This document shows positions 52,913-63,183 of a DNA stretch of 64,000 nt, in pieces; within the stretch, counting starts at the first letter, position 1; every line of letters begins with the position of its first letter. The stretch spans positions 267,905 to 331,904 of the forward strand of contig JAQUQR010000001.1 of assembly GCA_028715985.1 (NCBI GenBank). Reading direction: 5' to 3'. The DNA is from Methanocellales archaeon (GTDB taxonomy: Archaea > Halobacteriota > UBA148). Below the pieces are notes generated by a model, which was given only the letters and a program-made list of their open reading frames with translations, did not search any database and had not been told where the DNA came from. The position numbers and the translations under genes were made by a program.

Positions 52913-53098
52913 ATGAAATCCAAAATGCGAAGATGCGCATGTGGCATATACACTCTCCAAAAAATTTGTCCGGTTTGTGGGAGCGATACAAAAAATCCAT
53001 TGCCTCCCAGGTTCTCCCCTGTTGATCCCTATGGTAAGTATCGGAGACAGATGAAAAAAAAGAGGTGTGAGGGTGGAAACCAGCATTGTTCAAATTAA
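52913..53098 (+). CDS. nop10: H/ACA RNP protein Nop10
   Basis: MKSKMRRCACGIYTLQKICPVCG zinc ribbon and PPRFSPVDPYGKYRR. Confidence 0.8.
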   Translation: MKSKMRRCACGIYTLQKICPVCGSDTKNPLPPRFSPVDPYGKYRRQMKKKRCEGGNQHCSN

Positions 53099-53828
53099 AG
53101 ACGTGATCTTAAAAAATCCGATCATGATTGAGGGTCTGCCAGGTATTGGCCATGTAGGAAAGTTGGTTGCAGAACACATGGTGGAAGAGCTAGGCGCCGA
53201 AAAGATAATAGAGATATATTCCTCTCACTTTCCCCCACAGGTTTTAGTGATGAAGGATGGTACGGTAGAATTGGCAAAGAATGAAGTATACGCGTGGTCT
53301 GGTGGTAAACATGATCTCCTCTTGCTTGTGGGGGCCTATCAGAGCACTACCAATGTTGGTCACTATGAGTTAACTGGGGTATATCTGGACATCGCTCAAA
53401 AGTATGGTGTGAAGAGAATTTACACATTGGGGGGTTATGGCGTAGGTCATTTGGTCGAAAGGCCAAGAGTGTTAGGCGCAGTAAACAATATAGCTCTGGT
53501 GGATGAGATGAAGAAATATGGGGTATCCTTTGAAGAAGACGAGCCCGGCGGCGGCATAATAGGTGCATCGGGATTACTTCTTGGCATGGGGAGGCAAAGA
53601 GGCATAGATGCCATCTGCTTAATGGGTGAGACCTCTGGATATTTAGTGGACCCCGAAAGCGCGCAAGCTGTACTAAAAAGCTTATCCAAGGCTCTCGGAA
53701 TGAAAATCGACATGAGGGCTCTAGAGGACAGGGCCAAAGAGATGGAGAAGATAATCGCCAGGCTAAGGGAAATGGAGCAAGGTCCTGCAATAGAGCCCAT
53801 CGAGGAAGACCTGAGTTATATTGGATGA
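53067..53828 (+). CDS. PAC2-family proteasome assembly chaperone
   Basis: MIEGLPGIGHVGKLVAEHMV N-terminal motif. Conserved position after nop10. Confidence 0.7.
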   Translation: MRVETSIVQIKDVILKNPIMIEGLPGIGHVGKLVAEHMVEELGAEKIIEIYSSHFPPQVLVMKDGTVELAKNEVYAWSGGKHDLLLLVGAYQSTTNVGHYELTGVYLDIAQKYGVKRIYTLGGYGVGHLVERPRVLGAVNNIALVDEMKKYGVSFEEDEPGGGIIGASGLLLGMGRQRGIDAICLMGETSGYLVDPESAQAVLKSLSKALGMKIDMRALEDRAKEMEKIIARLREMEQGPAIEPIEEDLSYIG

Positions 53829-55045
53829 TTTTGATGGAAGTCAACTCAGATCTACATATACACTCTCGCTACTCTGCAGCCACATCTACCCAGATGAATT
53901 TTCCTGTTTTAGCTGAGTGGGCGTCAAAGAAGGGCATAGAGCTTATTGGGACGGGGGATTGTTTACACCCAAAATGGTTGGATGAAATCAAGGCATTGGA
54001 GCGCATAGATGACGGCACGTTTGTCATTGGCAATACGCATTTTGTCTTGACATGCGAGGTTGAGGATTCAAACAGGGTTCATCACCTTTTGATTTTACCT
54101 TCCATCTCCAAGGCTGAGGAGCTTCACGACAAATTTGCGAATTACTCTCTTAACATCAATTCAGAAGGCAGGCCCAAGATAAATTTGGATGGTGAACAAA
54201 TAGCGGAGCATGCAAAAGACGCAGGCGCTTTGTTCGGCCCTTGCCATGCATTCACGCCCTGGACTTCGATGTATGCTTATTTTGACAGTATTGAGGAATG
54301 TTATGGTTCAATGGCCTCTAACGCATCCTTCATTGAGTTGGGGCTGAGCGCAGACTCTGACTATGCTGACAGAATAGAAGAGCTGAAAGATCTGACATTT
54401 CTGACCAATTCGGATGCCCACAGTCCATGGCCAATCCGTTTTGCAAGGGAGTTTAACAGGTTTGAGCTGGAGTCCATCTCATATGCGGAACTCAAAAAAG
54501 CGATCTTGCGTGTGCAGGGCAGGAGACCGCTATTGAACGTGGGCATTCCGCCAGAAGAAGGAAAATACAACGAGAGTGCATGCATACGATGCTATAAACA
54601 CTACACCCTTAAAGAGTGCCTCATGAATAACTGGAAATGTCGGTGTGGAGGAACGATCAAAAAGGGCGTTCGAGATAGGGTGAATGAGCTGGCAGATTAC
54701 GCAGAGCCAAAGCACCCCTTGCATAGGCCGGCATATCTCAAATTGATCCCTCTGATAGAGATCATTGCCTTGGCGCTCAATGCTAACGTGAACTCTAGGG
54801 TTGTGATGGATGCATGGAACGCCCTCATGACAAAATTCGGCAACGAAGTAAAGGTTTTAGTTGACGCCAAAATAACAAAATCAGATGTGATAAACCCATC
54901 TATATACGATGCCATAATGGCTTTTAGAAATGGGCAGATACTTCTTTCTCCCGGAGGCGGTGGACGCTATGGGTGCGTGGAATTACCTGGGAGAGAGAGC
55001 ATGCCAAAAAATATAGCGGCCCAGAGTTCCTTATTTGATTTTTGA
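53825..55045 (+). CDS. endonuclease Q-like PHP-domain protein with a C-terminal Zn finger
   Basis: DLHIHSRYS, GTGDCLHPKW, FVLTCEVED, NSDAHSPWPIRFAREFNRFE, a C4 finger (CIRCY...CRCGG) and C-terminal PGGGGRYG. Confidence 0.6.
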   Translation: MILMEVNSDLHIHSRYSAATSTQMNFPVLAEWASKKGIELIGTGDCLHPKWLDEIKALERIDDGTFVIGNTHFVLTCEVEDSNRVHHLLILPSISKAEELHDKFANYSLNINSEGRPKINLDGEQIAEHAKDAGALFGPCHAFTPWTSMYAYFDSIEECYGSMASNASFIELGLSADSDYADRIEELKDLTFLTNSDAHSPWPIRFAREFNRFELESISYAELKKAILRVQGRRPLLNVGIPPEEGKYNESACIRCYKHYTLKECLMNNWKCRCGGTIKKGVRDRVNELADYAEPKHPLHRPAYLKLIPLIEIIALALNANVNSRVVMDAWNALMTKFGNEVKVLVDAKITKSDVINPSIYDAIMAFRNGQILLSPGGGGRYGCVELPGRESMPKNIAAQSSLFDF

Positions 55046-55280
55046 AGGCGAATATTTTTATAGCAGGGGTTACCTATGAAAAGGGGAACATTGACATGGT
55101 CATCATGGAAGCGACAATATTGGAAATTATGCTTAGCGTAAAGAAGATCTGGGATTTTATCTTGCTTGTGTGCCAAAATGGCATAAGAAATATGGCAGAT
55201 TCTCCTGTTTCCAGGATATTATCTTTTGCTTGATAGGTTTCAGCACTATGACAAATTTTAATGGTTAGGGTAGGTAAAAG

Positions 55281-57209
55281 ATGGATCAAAAAGCTATAAA
55301 CATACTCAAAACCAGATTGGATGAAAAATCTTACCAGAAATTAATCAGAATAGATAACCCCAAGCTTCATCAATTCATTGCCAAGTACGTAGAGCTATGT
55401 AACCCGACTAAAGTTTTTGTTTGTACAGATTCTGCAGAGGATATCCAGTACATCAGAGAAGCGGCAATAAAAAACAGAGAGGAAGCGGAACTTGCCATAA
55501 AGGGGCATACTGTACATTTTGATGGGTATTATGATCAGGCTCGGGATAAAGAAAAAACCAAATTCCTTTTACCTAAGGGTGTGGACTTGGGACAAGGGAT
55601 AAATGCCATAGATAGGGACGAAGGCATCAAAGAGATTAATACTATTCTAAAAAACATTATGCACGGGCATGAGTTATATGTCAAATTTTTCTGCTTGGGA
55701 CCCATCAATTCTGAATTCGTTATACCCTGTGTCCAACTCACCGATTCCAGCTATGTAGCACATAATGAGGATTTATTGTACAGGCAAGGTTACGGAGAGT
55801 TCCTTAGGATGAACGATGATGAGCAGTTTTTCAAGTTTGTACACTCTCAAGGAGAGTTGGAGGAAACAGGGCTAGGATTGTGCGTCAGTAAAAACATTGA
55901 GAAGCGGAGGGTGTACATTGATCTCCAGGATGAGATCGTATATAGCACGAACACACAATATGGCGGCAACACCATCGGACTTAAAAAACTAGCAATGCGT
56001 CTGGCAATAAACAGGGCTTCAAAAGAAGGCTGGCTGACAGAACATGTGTTCATCATGGGAGTTCATGGTCCAAGGGGAAGGGTAAGTTACTTCACAGGAG
56101 CCTTTCCATCTATGTGTGGAAAGACTTCTACGACCATGGTGGAAGGGGAGACTATAATTGGGGATGATATAGCCTATCTCAGAAAAATAGGCGGAAAAAT
56201 CCGTGCAGTGAACGTGGAAAAGGGAATATTTGGAATAATAGAAGGCATAAACTCCATCGATGATCCGTTGCCATGGAAGGCTCTTCACGGTACCGGTGAG
56301 ATCATATTTTCAAATGTATTGGTTACGGAAGACAAGGATGTTTACTGGACCGGTAAAGATGTGGAGTGTCCCAAAAAAGGTGTCAATTACTCCGGCGAGT
56401 GGTTTCTGGGCCAGAGAGATGCAGACGGCAAGGAAATACCGCCTTCACATAAAAATGCCAGGTTTACATTTGACCTGAATATTTTAGATAATGTAGACCC
56501 TAAACTCAATGATCCTGAAGGTGTTGTAGTGAGTGGCATAATCTACGGCGGTCGGGATTCTGATACTTTGGTTCCGGTGGAGGAATCTTTTAATTGGGTC
56601 CATGGTGTTGTAACTAAAGGTGCAGCGTTGGAATCTGAAACTACCGCTGCCAGCTTTGGAGAAGAAGGTCGAAGGGTATTCAATCCCATGTCGAATCTGG
56701 AATTCCTATCCATACCTATGGGTAAATATATAAAGGATCATCTAAATTTTGGATTCGGTTTAAATAAACCGCCCAAAATCTTCTCTGTGAACTACTTCTT
56801 GAAAGATTTGAATGAAAAATTCATGAATCATAAAAATGATAAAAGGGTCTGGCTTAAATGGATGGAACTGCGCTCGTACGGGGATGTGGGGGCAGTGAAA
56901 ACTCCAACGGGATTGATCCCTCGGTATGGGGACCTAAAGAAGCTGTTCAAGCAGGTGATCAACAAGGATTATTCAGAAGAAGAGTACTCTGATCAGTTTG
57001 CCCTGAGGGTTCAGGAACACTTGGCAAAGATTGACAGGATAGTTGAAATTTACAGGACCAAGGTTCCGGATACACCCAGCGTCATCTTTGAAGTTTTGGA
57101 GGAGCAGAAAAAAAGGTTAATCGCCGCAAAGGAAAAATTCGGTAATTATATCTCCCCAGAGAAATTTCCTCCCGTCCCGGCAGAGAGCCAGAAACTGGGA
57201 AGAATCTAA
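55281..57209 (+). CDS. pckG: phosphoenolpyruvate carboxykinase (GTP)
   Basis: P-loop FPSMCGKTSTTM and overall GTP-PEPCK architecture. Confidence 0.9.
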   Translation: MDQKAINILKTRLDEKSYQKLIRIDNPKLHQFIAKYVELCNPTKVFVCTDSAEDIQYIREAAIKNREEAELAIKGHTVHFDGYYDQARDKEKTKFLLPKGVDLGQGINAIDRDEGIKEINTILKNIMHGHELYVKFFCLGPINSEFVIPCVQLTDSSYVAHNEDLLYRQGYGEFLRMNDDEQFFKFVHSQGELEETGLGLCVSKNIEKRRVYIDLQDEIVYSTNTQYGGNTIGLKKLAMRLAINRASKEGWLTEHVFIMGVHGPRGRVSYFTGAFPSMCGKTSTTMVEGETIIGDDIAYLRKIGGKIRAVNVEKGIFGIIEGINSIDDPLPWKALHGTGEIIFSNVLVTEDKDVYWTGKDVECPKKGVNYSGEWFLGQRDADGKEIPPSHKNARFTFDLNILDNVDPKLNDPEGVVVSGIIYGGRDSDTLVPVEESFNWVHGVVTKGAALESETTAASFGEEGRRVFNPMSNLEFLSIPMGKYIKDHLNFGFGLNKPPKIFSVNYFLKDLNEKFMNHKNDKRVWLKWMELRSYGDVGAVKTPTGLIPRYGDLKKLFKQVINKDYSEEEYSDQFALRVQEHLAKIDRIVEIYRTKVPDTPSVIFEVLEEQKKRLIAAKEKFGNYISPEKFPPVPAESQKLGRI

Positions 57210-57799
57210 GCTGTGCGTCCTATTAAGAAGGTCGGTCCATAGCCTTGGTATCACGGCAAAAGCGAAGAGGAGAGAGATGTGATGTTCGAGATCACCTTGG
57301 TCAACCACTAAGAACTTCTTAGATGGCATGTTTACTGGTAATAAGAGAAGAGAGGTGTAATCTGGGATCTAGGTATGAGCGCATTCGTCTCAACACAGGT
57401 CTGCCCTTTTTGCAGGATCTTGGGGGTGATGACCATGTTAATCACTACAGGTGGCATCGTCTTTCACATAGTCTCAAAATCAACTCCTGAGCCGTACGCA
57501 GTACAATCGAAAAACCACATCTGGCGCTCAGTCCGAGATCAGATATGGTTGCCGGAGGTAACGCAAAAATTGAAATAAGAATCCTATTTTGGTGTTCAGG
57601 CGTCGAAAAGGGTGGAAGAAGTAGTTACAGAGTTTGGCATAGCTGAATTTTATTCCTAGGAGCAGCCGGTTGATACGCGAAAGGATGGACCATATTGGGT
57701 AATGCCCACACTTGGATGTTACCATTGATACCATTATATTAAGAGTTAATCCTTTCCTACTTCAAAAAACTTAAATATCGACATGATGTACTCGGAGAT

Positions 57800-57964
57800 G
57801 TGATTGTCAATAAAAATAAATGCTTTTACTGTGGGGCATGCGTTGCAGTCTGTCCCATGGGTGCAATAGAGTTGATCGAGACGTGGATTGAGATCAATGA
57901 AGATTGTAATGATTGCGGCATTTGCGCTAAGATATGCCCTGTTGGTGCCCTGGGGGTAAAATGA
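57800..57964 (+). CDS. 2x[4Fe-4S] ferredoxin (55 aa, GTG start; absent from the ORF track)
   Basis: CFYCGACVAVCP and CNDCGICAKICP motifs. The stop overlaps the ATG of the geranylgeranyl reductase gene. Confidence 0.55.
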   Translation: MIVNKNKCFYCGACVAVCPMGAIELIETWIEINEDCNDCGICAKICPVGALGVK

Positions 57965-59127
57965 GAGACCGCTATGATGTCATCGTCGTGGGTGCAGGCC
58001 CAGCAGGATCTATGGCAGCAAAGACTGCAGCTGAGCACGATTTAGAAACACTCTTGCTGGAAAAGAGGGTGGAAATAGGCGATCCGGTTAGATGCGCAGA
58101 AGGGGTGGGCAAAGAAGGATTAAAGCAATTCATCAAACCCGATAAGCGTTGGATTGCTGCAGATGTCCAAGGAGCGAGGATATGCTTTCCCGGAGGCATA
58201 AAGATCGAGATGTCAGAGGTCGGTCCTGAAGTGGGCTATGTTCTCGAACGAAAGATATTTGACCGAGAGCTTGCAAAGCAGGCGGCAAAAGCCGGTGCAG
58301 AAGTAATGGTAAAAACAAGGGCAGTTGATTTGATTAAAGAGGACGGCTTCGTTAGAGGCGTCAAAGCAGAACATCTCGGAGATTCATTTGATATTCATGC
58401 GGACGTCGTGATTGGTGCTGATGGCGTTGAAAGCAAGGTTGGACGGTGGGCAGGCATCAATACGACCCTTAAACCAAAGGACATCGAAACCTGTGCTCAG
58501 TTTCTGATGACTGATGTTGACATTGATCCATGTTATTGTGAGTTCTATATAGGTAACCAAATTGCACCTGGGGGTTATGCATGGGTTTTTCCCAAAGGGA
58601 ATAACGAGGCTAATGTTGGCCTTGGAATATCCGGAAGCAGATCAGAGGTGCGTCCTATCGAACATCTAAAACGTTTCGTAGAGAAAAAATATCCCGAAGG
58701 GCAGATCATCGAAATGATCATGGGGGGGGTGCCTGTAACGGTTCCTACCAAGACTACCACAAACGGGCTAATGCTCGTGGGTGATGCAGCTAGGATGTCA
58801 GACCCTCTTACGGGCGGAGGTATTATCCATGCGATGAAGTCGGGAACTATGGCTAGTGAAATTGCATCGAAGGCGGTACAATCAGGAGATTCGTCAGTTG
58901 AGTGCCTTAACGAGTATGAAAGACGCTGGCGACCAACCATTGGTGCAACACTACAGAAATCCTACAAGGCCAAAGAATGGCTTTTAAAACTGAATGACGC
59001 AGAATGGAATTCCATAGCCTCTTCTATAGTGGGAATTAACTTCAAGGAGCTTACAGCGTTTGGGTTGTTGAAAGAATTGACACTGCGCAATCCCAAGTTA
59101 CTTTGGGATCTAAGGTCCCTATTATGA
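57961..59127 (+). CDS. geranylgeranyl reductase (digeranylgeranylglycerophospholipid reductase)
   Basis: FAD motif YDVIVVGAGPAGSMAA. GGR family length and core. Confidence 0.9.
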   Translation: MRDRYDVIVVGAGPAGSMAAKTAAEHDLETLLLEKRVEIGDPVRCAEGVGKEGLKQFIKPDKRWIAADVQGARICFPGGIKIEMSEVGPEVGYVLERKIFDRELAKQAAKAGAEVMVKTRAVDLIKEDGFVRGVKAEHLGDSFDIHADVVIGADGVESKVGRWAGINTTLKPKDIETCAQFLMTDVDIDPCYCEFYIGNQIAPGGYAWVFPKGNNEANVGLGISGSRSEVRPIEHLKRFVEKKYPEGQIIEMIMGGVPVTVPTKTTTNGLMLVGDAARMSDPLTGGGIIHAMKSGTMASEIASKAVQSGDSSVECLNEYERRWRPTIGATLQKSYKAKEWLLKLNDAEWNSIASSIVGINFKELTAFGLLKELTLRNPKLLWDLRSLL

Positions 59128-59145
59128 ATGACTATCTAAGGTGAA

Positions 59146-59802
59146 TTGGTCATGTACGCGATAATAGTTGGGTGTGGAAAGATTGGCAGTCGTCTTGCTC
59201 AGTTATTATCGTCTAATGAAAATAATGTCGTCGTCTTGGACAGAGATTTGACGAAGTTCGAAGAGATCGACAAAAGTTTTGATGGGTTGACAATCGAAGG
59301 AGATGGGACCGATCAAGACGTTCTGAAAAAGGCTGGAGTGGATAAAGCTGACGTTTTTATTGCGACGACAGAGGATGACAACACGAACTTGATGGCTTGC
59401 CAGATTGCAAAGCAGGTGTTTAACGTAAGCAGAGTCATAGCTCGGGTTAATGACCCCAAAAGGGAACCCCTCTTTAAGGAGCTGAAAATAGATGCCATTG
59501 TCTGTCCTACAACAATAGCTGCGGCTCATCTCAGGAATGCCGTTATGTATCCCAATTTGGCTACAATACTGACGGTGAATGGCGGGAATATTGAGATCAG
59601 TGAGATACGGGTCCAAGGTTCAGCCAGCGGAAAGGCACTTAAAGACCTAAATTTGCCAAAGGAATCCACCATAGCAGCAATTATAAGGGACAGAAAGACG
59701 TTGATCCCTTCGGGAGATACGATAATCCAAGAAGGTGATGTTGCAGTCGTGGTAAATTTGGCTGCTATCTCTGATGAAGTCAGGAATATTTTAAGTAGGT
59801 GA
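59146..59802 (+). CDS. trkA: Trk K+ transport NAD-binding subunit
   Basis: Rossmann GCGKIGSRLA plus a TrkA-C domain. Confidence 0.85.
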   Translation: MVMYAIIVGCGKIGSRLAQLLSSNENNVVVLDRDLTKFEEIDKSFDGLTIEGDGTDQDVLKKAGVDKADVFIATTEDDNTNLMACQIAKQVFNVSRVIARVNDPKREPLFKELKIDAIVCPTTIAAAHLRNAVMYPNLATILTVNGGNIEISEIRVQGSASGKALKDLNLPKESTIAAIIRDRKTLIPSGDTIIQEGDVAVVVNLAAISDEVRNILSR

Positions 59803-59812
59803 AATATCCTCA

Positions 59813-61255
59813 TTGAATGATGATCGAATGATAAAGGGCGATCTAGGGACTATATTACATTATATCGGGCTAATGTTACAGCTTTTTGGCGTGCTTGTAG
59901 CTGTCCCTATACTTGTAGCTCTATGTTTTAAAGACGGATTCTATGTGATCCTGTCGTTTGTTACAGTCGCTGTACTCTCTTTATTGATAGGCTATATACT
60001 ACGAAGAATTACGTCACCAGGGGATTTGAGCCTTAGAATAGCAATGGTGATTTCTGCCCTCACTTGGATTACCTTGGCAGCTTTTGGTGCTCTGCCCTAT
60101 GTCCTATGTGGAATCCTCTCATTAGAAGACGCATTGTTTGAGGGTATGTCTGGATTTACAGGAACAGGTCTAACGATGTTTTCATCTACAATGGGGGTTG
60201 AATGGCTATCATCCGGGTACCAATCCATTTTGTTCTGGCGTAGCTTAACGCAGTGGATAGGAGGAGTAGGTGTTATCGTCCTATTCATTGCGATAATGGT
60301 TCACGGAGTTGGTGGGGCTGCTAGGGGATTATATGCTGCAGAGGGCCGGGCCGAAAGAATCGAACCCAGCATCATCAATACAGCGCGTTGGATATGGAAA
60401 GTCTACGTCGCCTACACCTTCATAGGAGTAATATTGCTTTGTATCGTAGGCATGCCGTTATGGGACTCCATAAATCACACTATGACTGCATTAGCAACAG
60501 GCGGTTTCTCGATAAAAAACTTAAGCATTGCGTCCTATGATAGCGTTGCAGTGGAGCTTATGTTAATCCCAATTATGGTTTTTGGTGCCATCAGCTTTGC
60601 TCTTCATAAAAAATTGATCGAGCTGAAATTTCGTGAGATCATCCGAAGCCCGGAGATAATATTGATGGCCTTGACGTTGTTGGCGTTGACGCTCTTACTG
60701 ACATTGGAGCTAGGAAACTTTAGGATGGCATCGTTCAACGTGATCTCTGCGTTGACTGGTACGGGGCTTACCAATGCAGAAAACATGGGGCAATGGACTG
60801 ACTTCTCAAAAATATTGCTCATCATTCCCATGATTATGGGCGGGGGCTATGGGTCTACATCCTCTGCTCTGAAGCTCATTAGGTGCGCCATACTTTTAAA
60901 GTCGATCATATGGTTGGTAAAAAAAGATTTCCTGCCACGCTCAGCTATCGTTCCGTTTAAAGTCGGCAGAACAGTCATAAAGGAGGAAGAGATAACGATG
61001 GCTGGATTATACGCATTTGTTTATCTGTTCGTCCTCACACTCTGTTCAATGGTATTTATGGCACATGGTCATTCTATGGTGAACTCCTTTTTTGAGGTCG
61101 CCTCTGCACAGGGCAATGTCGGGCTGTCGGTTGGGCTGGTCACTCCTAGTATGATGCTTGGTGAAAAGATCACTTTGATCCTTGTCATGTGGATGGGTAG
61201 GCTTGAAGTATTTCCAGTATTGATGCTGTTGGCCAATATGGTTAAGCGTTCTTAA
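59813..61255 (+). CDS. trkH: Trk-type K+ uptake membrane subunit
   Basis: Polytopic membrane protein with GFTGTGL and TGTGLT selectivity-filter-like motifs. Confidence 0.85.
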   Translation: MNDDRMIKGDLGTILHYIGLMLQLFGVLVAVPILVALCFKDGFYVILSFVTVAVLSLLIGYILRRITSPGDLSLRIAMVISALTWITLAAFGALPYVLCGILSLEDALFEGMSGFTGTGLTMFSSTMGVEWLSSGYQSILFWRSLTQWIGGVGVIVLFIAIMVHGVGGAARGLYAAEGRAERIEPSIINTARWIWKVYVAYTFIGVILLCIVGMPLWDSINHTMTALATGGFSIKNLSIASYDSVAVELMLIPIMVFGAISFALHKKLIELKFREIIRSPEIILMALTLLALTLLLTLELGNFRMASFNVISALTGTGLTNAENMGQWTDFSKILLIIPMIMGGGYGSTSSALKLIRCAILLKSIIWLVKKDFLPRSAIVPFKVGRTVIKEEEITMAGLYAFVYLFVLTLCSMVFMAHGHSMVNSFFEVASAQGNVGLSVGLVTPSMMLGEKITLILVMWMGRLEVFPVLMLLANMVKRS

Positions 61256-61270
61256 TTCCATAGGTGGTAT

Positions 61271-61939
61271 TTGACCATGTATATCGTGATAGTTGGCGGA
61301 GGAAGAATTGGTACTTTTCTCGCCAGCACGCTTTCGAAGGAAGGGGAAGAAGTTGCCCTGATCGAATCCGACAGAGATATTTGCCAGAATTTAGCTGAAA
61401 AACTCAACATTTTGGTAATCAATGGTGACGGAACGGATGCAAAATATCTGGAGGATGCTGGAGTGAAAAAAGCAGATGTATTTGTTGCCGTCACTGGAGA
61501 GGACAAGGTGAATCTCGTTTCTTGCCAAATGGCCAAAAAGAACTTCAATGTTCCTCTCACCATAGCGAGGGTCAATGAGCCGAAAAATGAATCTGTTTTC
61601 GAGGGGTTAGGCATCGATGTTGCGATCAGTTCCGTAACAGCGGTATCGATGATTATAAAGAATGCCGTTACTTCTGGAAAATTAACCACGCTTTTGACCC
61701 TGAAAGAGGGCAATGTTGAGTTGGTGGAGCTTCATGTACCTGAAGACTCACCTGCGATCAATAGAACGATCAAAGACCTCGGTCTACCAGATGAATGTAT
61801 CCTTACTGCAATTATCAGGCAGGGTCACTTGATTTTTCCAAAGGGCAAAATTATGATAGAAGTGGGCGATCTCATTGTGGCTCTCACCACCGCTGAGCAC
61901 GTTGATGATTTAAAAAAGACGATCTTAGAGACAAAATAA
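61271..61939 (+). CDS. trkA: Trk K+ transport NAD-binding subunit (second copy)
   Basis: Rossmann GGGRIGTFLA plus a TrkA-C domain. Confidence 0.85.
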   Translation: MTMYIVIVGGGRIGTFLASTLSKEGEEVALIESDRDICQNLAEKLNILVINGDGTDAKYLEDAGVKKADVFVAVTGEDKVNLVSCQMAKKNFNVPLTIARVNEPKNESVFEGLGIDVAISSVTAVSMIIKNAVTSGKLTTLLTLKEGNVELVELHVPEDSPAINRTIKDLGLPDECILTAIIRQGHLIFPKGKIMIEVGDLIVALTTAEHVDDLKKTILETK

Positions 61940-62584
61940 ATGAAAATTGCTGGGGTTGATGAAGCGGGTAAAGGACCAGTAATAGGATCCATGATCGTTG
62001 CGGGAGTCATGGTGCAAGAGGACATGCTTCCAATGTTGGAAAGAATGGGGGTTAGAGACTCTAAAGCGATTTCACCAAAAAAACGAGAGTTTTTAGCGGG
62101 TAAGATCAAAGAAGTCGGGGTTTGTTATACATTAGAGCTGTCCGCTAGTGAGATCGATGCTCTTCGTAAGAAGACAACTCTGAACGAAATCGTCGTGGAA
62201 AGCCAAGTGAGAGTGCTCAAACAGTTAAAACCTGATGAAGCGTTCTTGGATGCAGCTGATGTGGACGCTGATAGGTTTGCACAGAAAGTGCTGGCCGGGT
62301 ATGGCAAAAACATCAAGATCACTTCAGAGCATAATGCGGATGTAAAATACCCTCTCGTCTCTGCAGCTTCGATTATTGCAAAAGTAAGGCGGGATGAGAC
62401 TATTCGAGAACTGGAACGCCTATTAGGAAAAAATATCGGGTCCGGATATCCATCTGATATTCGTACAATGCATTTTCTGGACGACTGGATAAAAGAGCAT
62501 GATTCATTGCCATCTTTTGTGCGACATTCATGGAAGACTGCCAAGAACGCATTGAAAAGGCATGAGCGATCACGTATGATTTAA
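61940..62584 (+). CDS. rnhB: ribonuclease HII
   Basis: GVDEAGKGPVIGSMIVAGV catalytic DEDD N-terminus. Confidence 0.9.
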   Translation: MKIAGVDEAGKGPVIGSMIVAGVMVQEDMLPMLERMGVRDSKAISPKKREFLAGKIKEVGVCYTLELSASEIDALRKKTTLNEIVVESQVRVLKQLKPDEAFLDAADVDADRFAQKVLAGYGKNIKITSEHNADVKYPLVSAASIIAKVRRDETIRELERLLGKNIGSGYPSDIRTMHFLDDWIKEHDSLPSFVRHSWKTAKNALKRHERSRMI

Positions 62585-62614
62585 ATAGGTTAAGGGCCAC
62601 TATCTAATGGTGAT

Positions 62615-62992
62615 GTGATGATAGGAACAACAGAATTAATGATAATTTTGGGTATCGCTGCCCTTATATTTGGCAGTAGCAAACTTCCTAGCATCGCCAG
62701 AGATGTTGGAAAAGCGCTTGGTGAGGTTAACAAGGCTGAAAAGGAGCTGGATAGGCTTAAAAGTGATTTTACATCAGAGATTCAATCTTCCATACAGGGT
62801 CCTATTCAGTCCACCATGGAATCTGCTGAACCTACCATGCAGTCAGAACCGGTACCAGAACAAGTACCAGAGAAGAAATCTGATGATACCGATAACATCG
62901 AAGAGCCCCATGAGCCTGATATCGAAGGGAGGATAAAAGACGAGGCATTTAAGTACATCGGCTCCAGGTTCAAGTCAAAGATTTTCAAATAA
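62615..62992 (+). CDS. tatA: Sec-independent translocase TatA/E-like protein
   Basis: N-terminal TM helix then an amphipathic helix (GxxELxIILGIAALIFGSSKLPSIARDVGKA). Confidence 0.7.
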   Translation: MMIGTTELMIILGIAALIFGSSKLPSIARDVGKALGEVNKAEKELDRLKSDFTSEIQSSIQGPIQSTMESAEPTMQSEPVPEQVPEKKSDDTDNIEEPHEPDIEGRIKDEAFKYIGSRFKSKIFK

Positions 62993-63183
62993 AATCGATT
63001 TTTCTCGATACACAGTTAGGTGGTAGGATTATAACTCCCGCTCTTTTGTGCAGTTTGCATGAGAGATCTTTTTATCCTTGATGCGGTTTTAGAATCTGCA
63101 ATCAATATGCATATATGATATAATATCGAAATGTTTCGGCAGGACTTGATAATATGGTGTGGCGAATTAATGTGTCTCATCTA

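Noticed and set aside
62993-63183. Riboswitch (TPP) in the thiC-adjacent intergenic region
   Set aside because: This region is downstream (3') of the minus-strand thiC. A thiC riboswitch would lie upstream, beyond the window edge.
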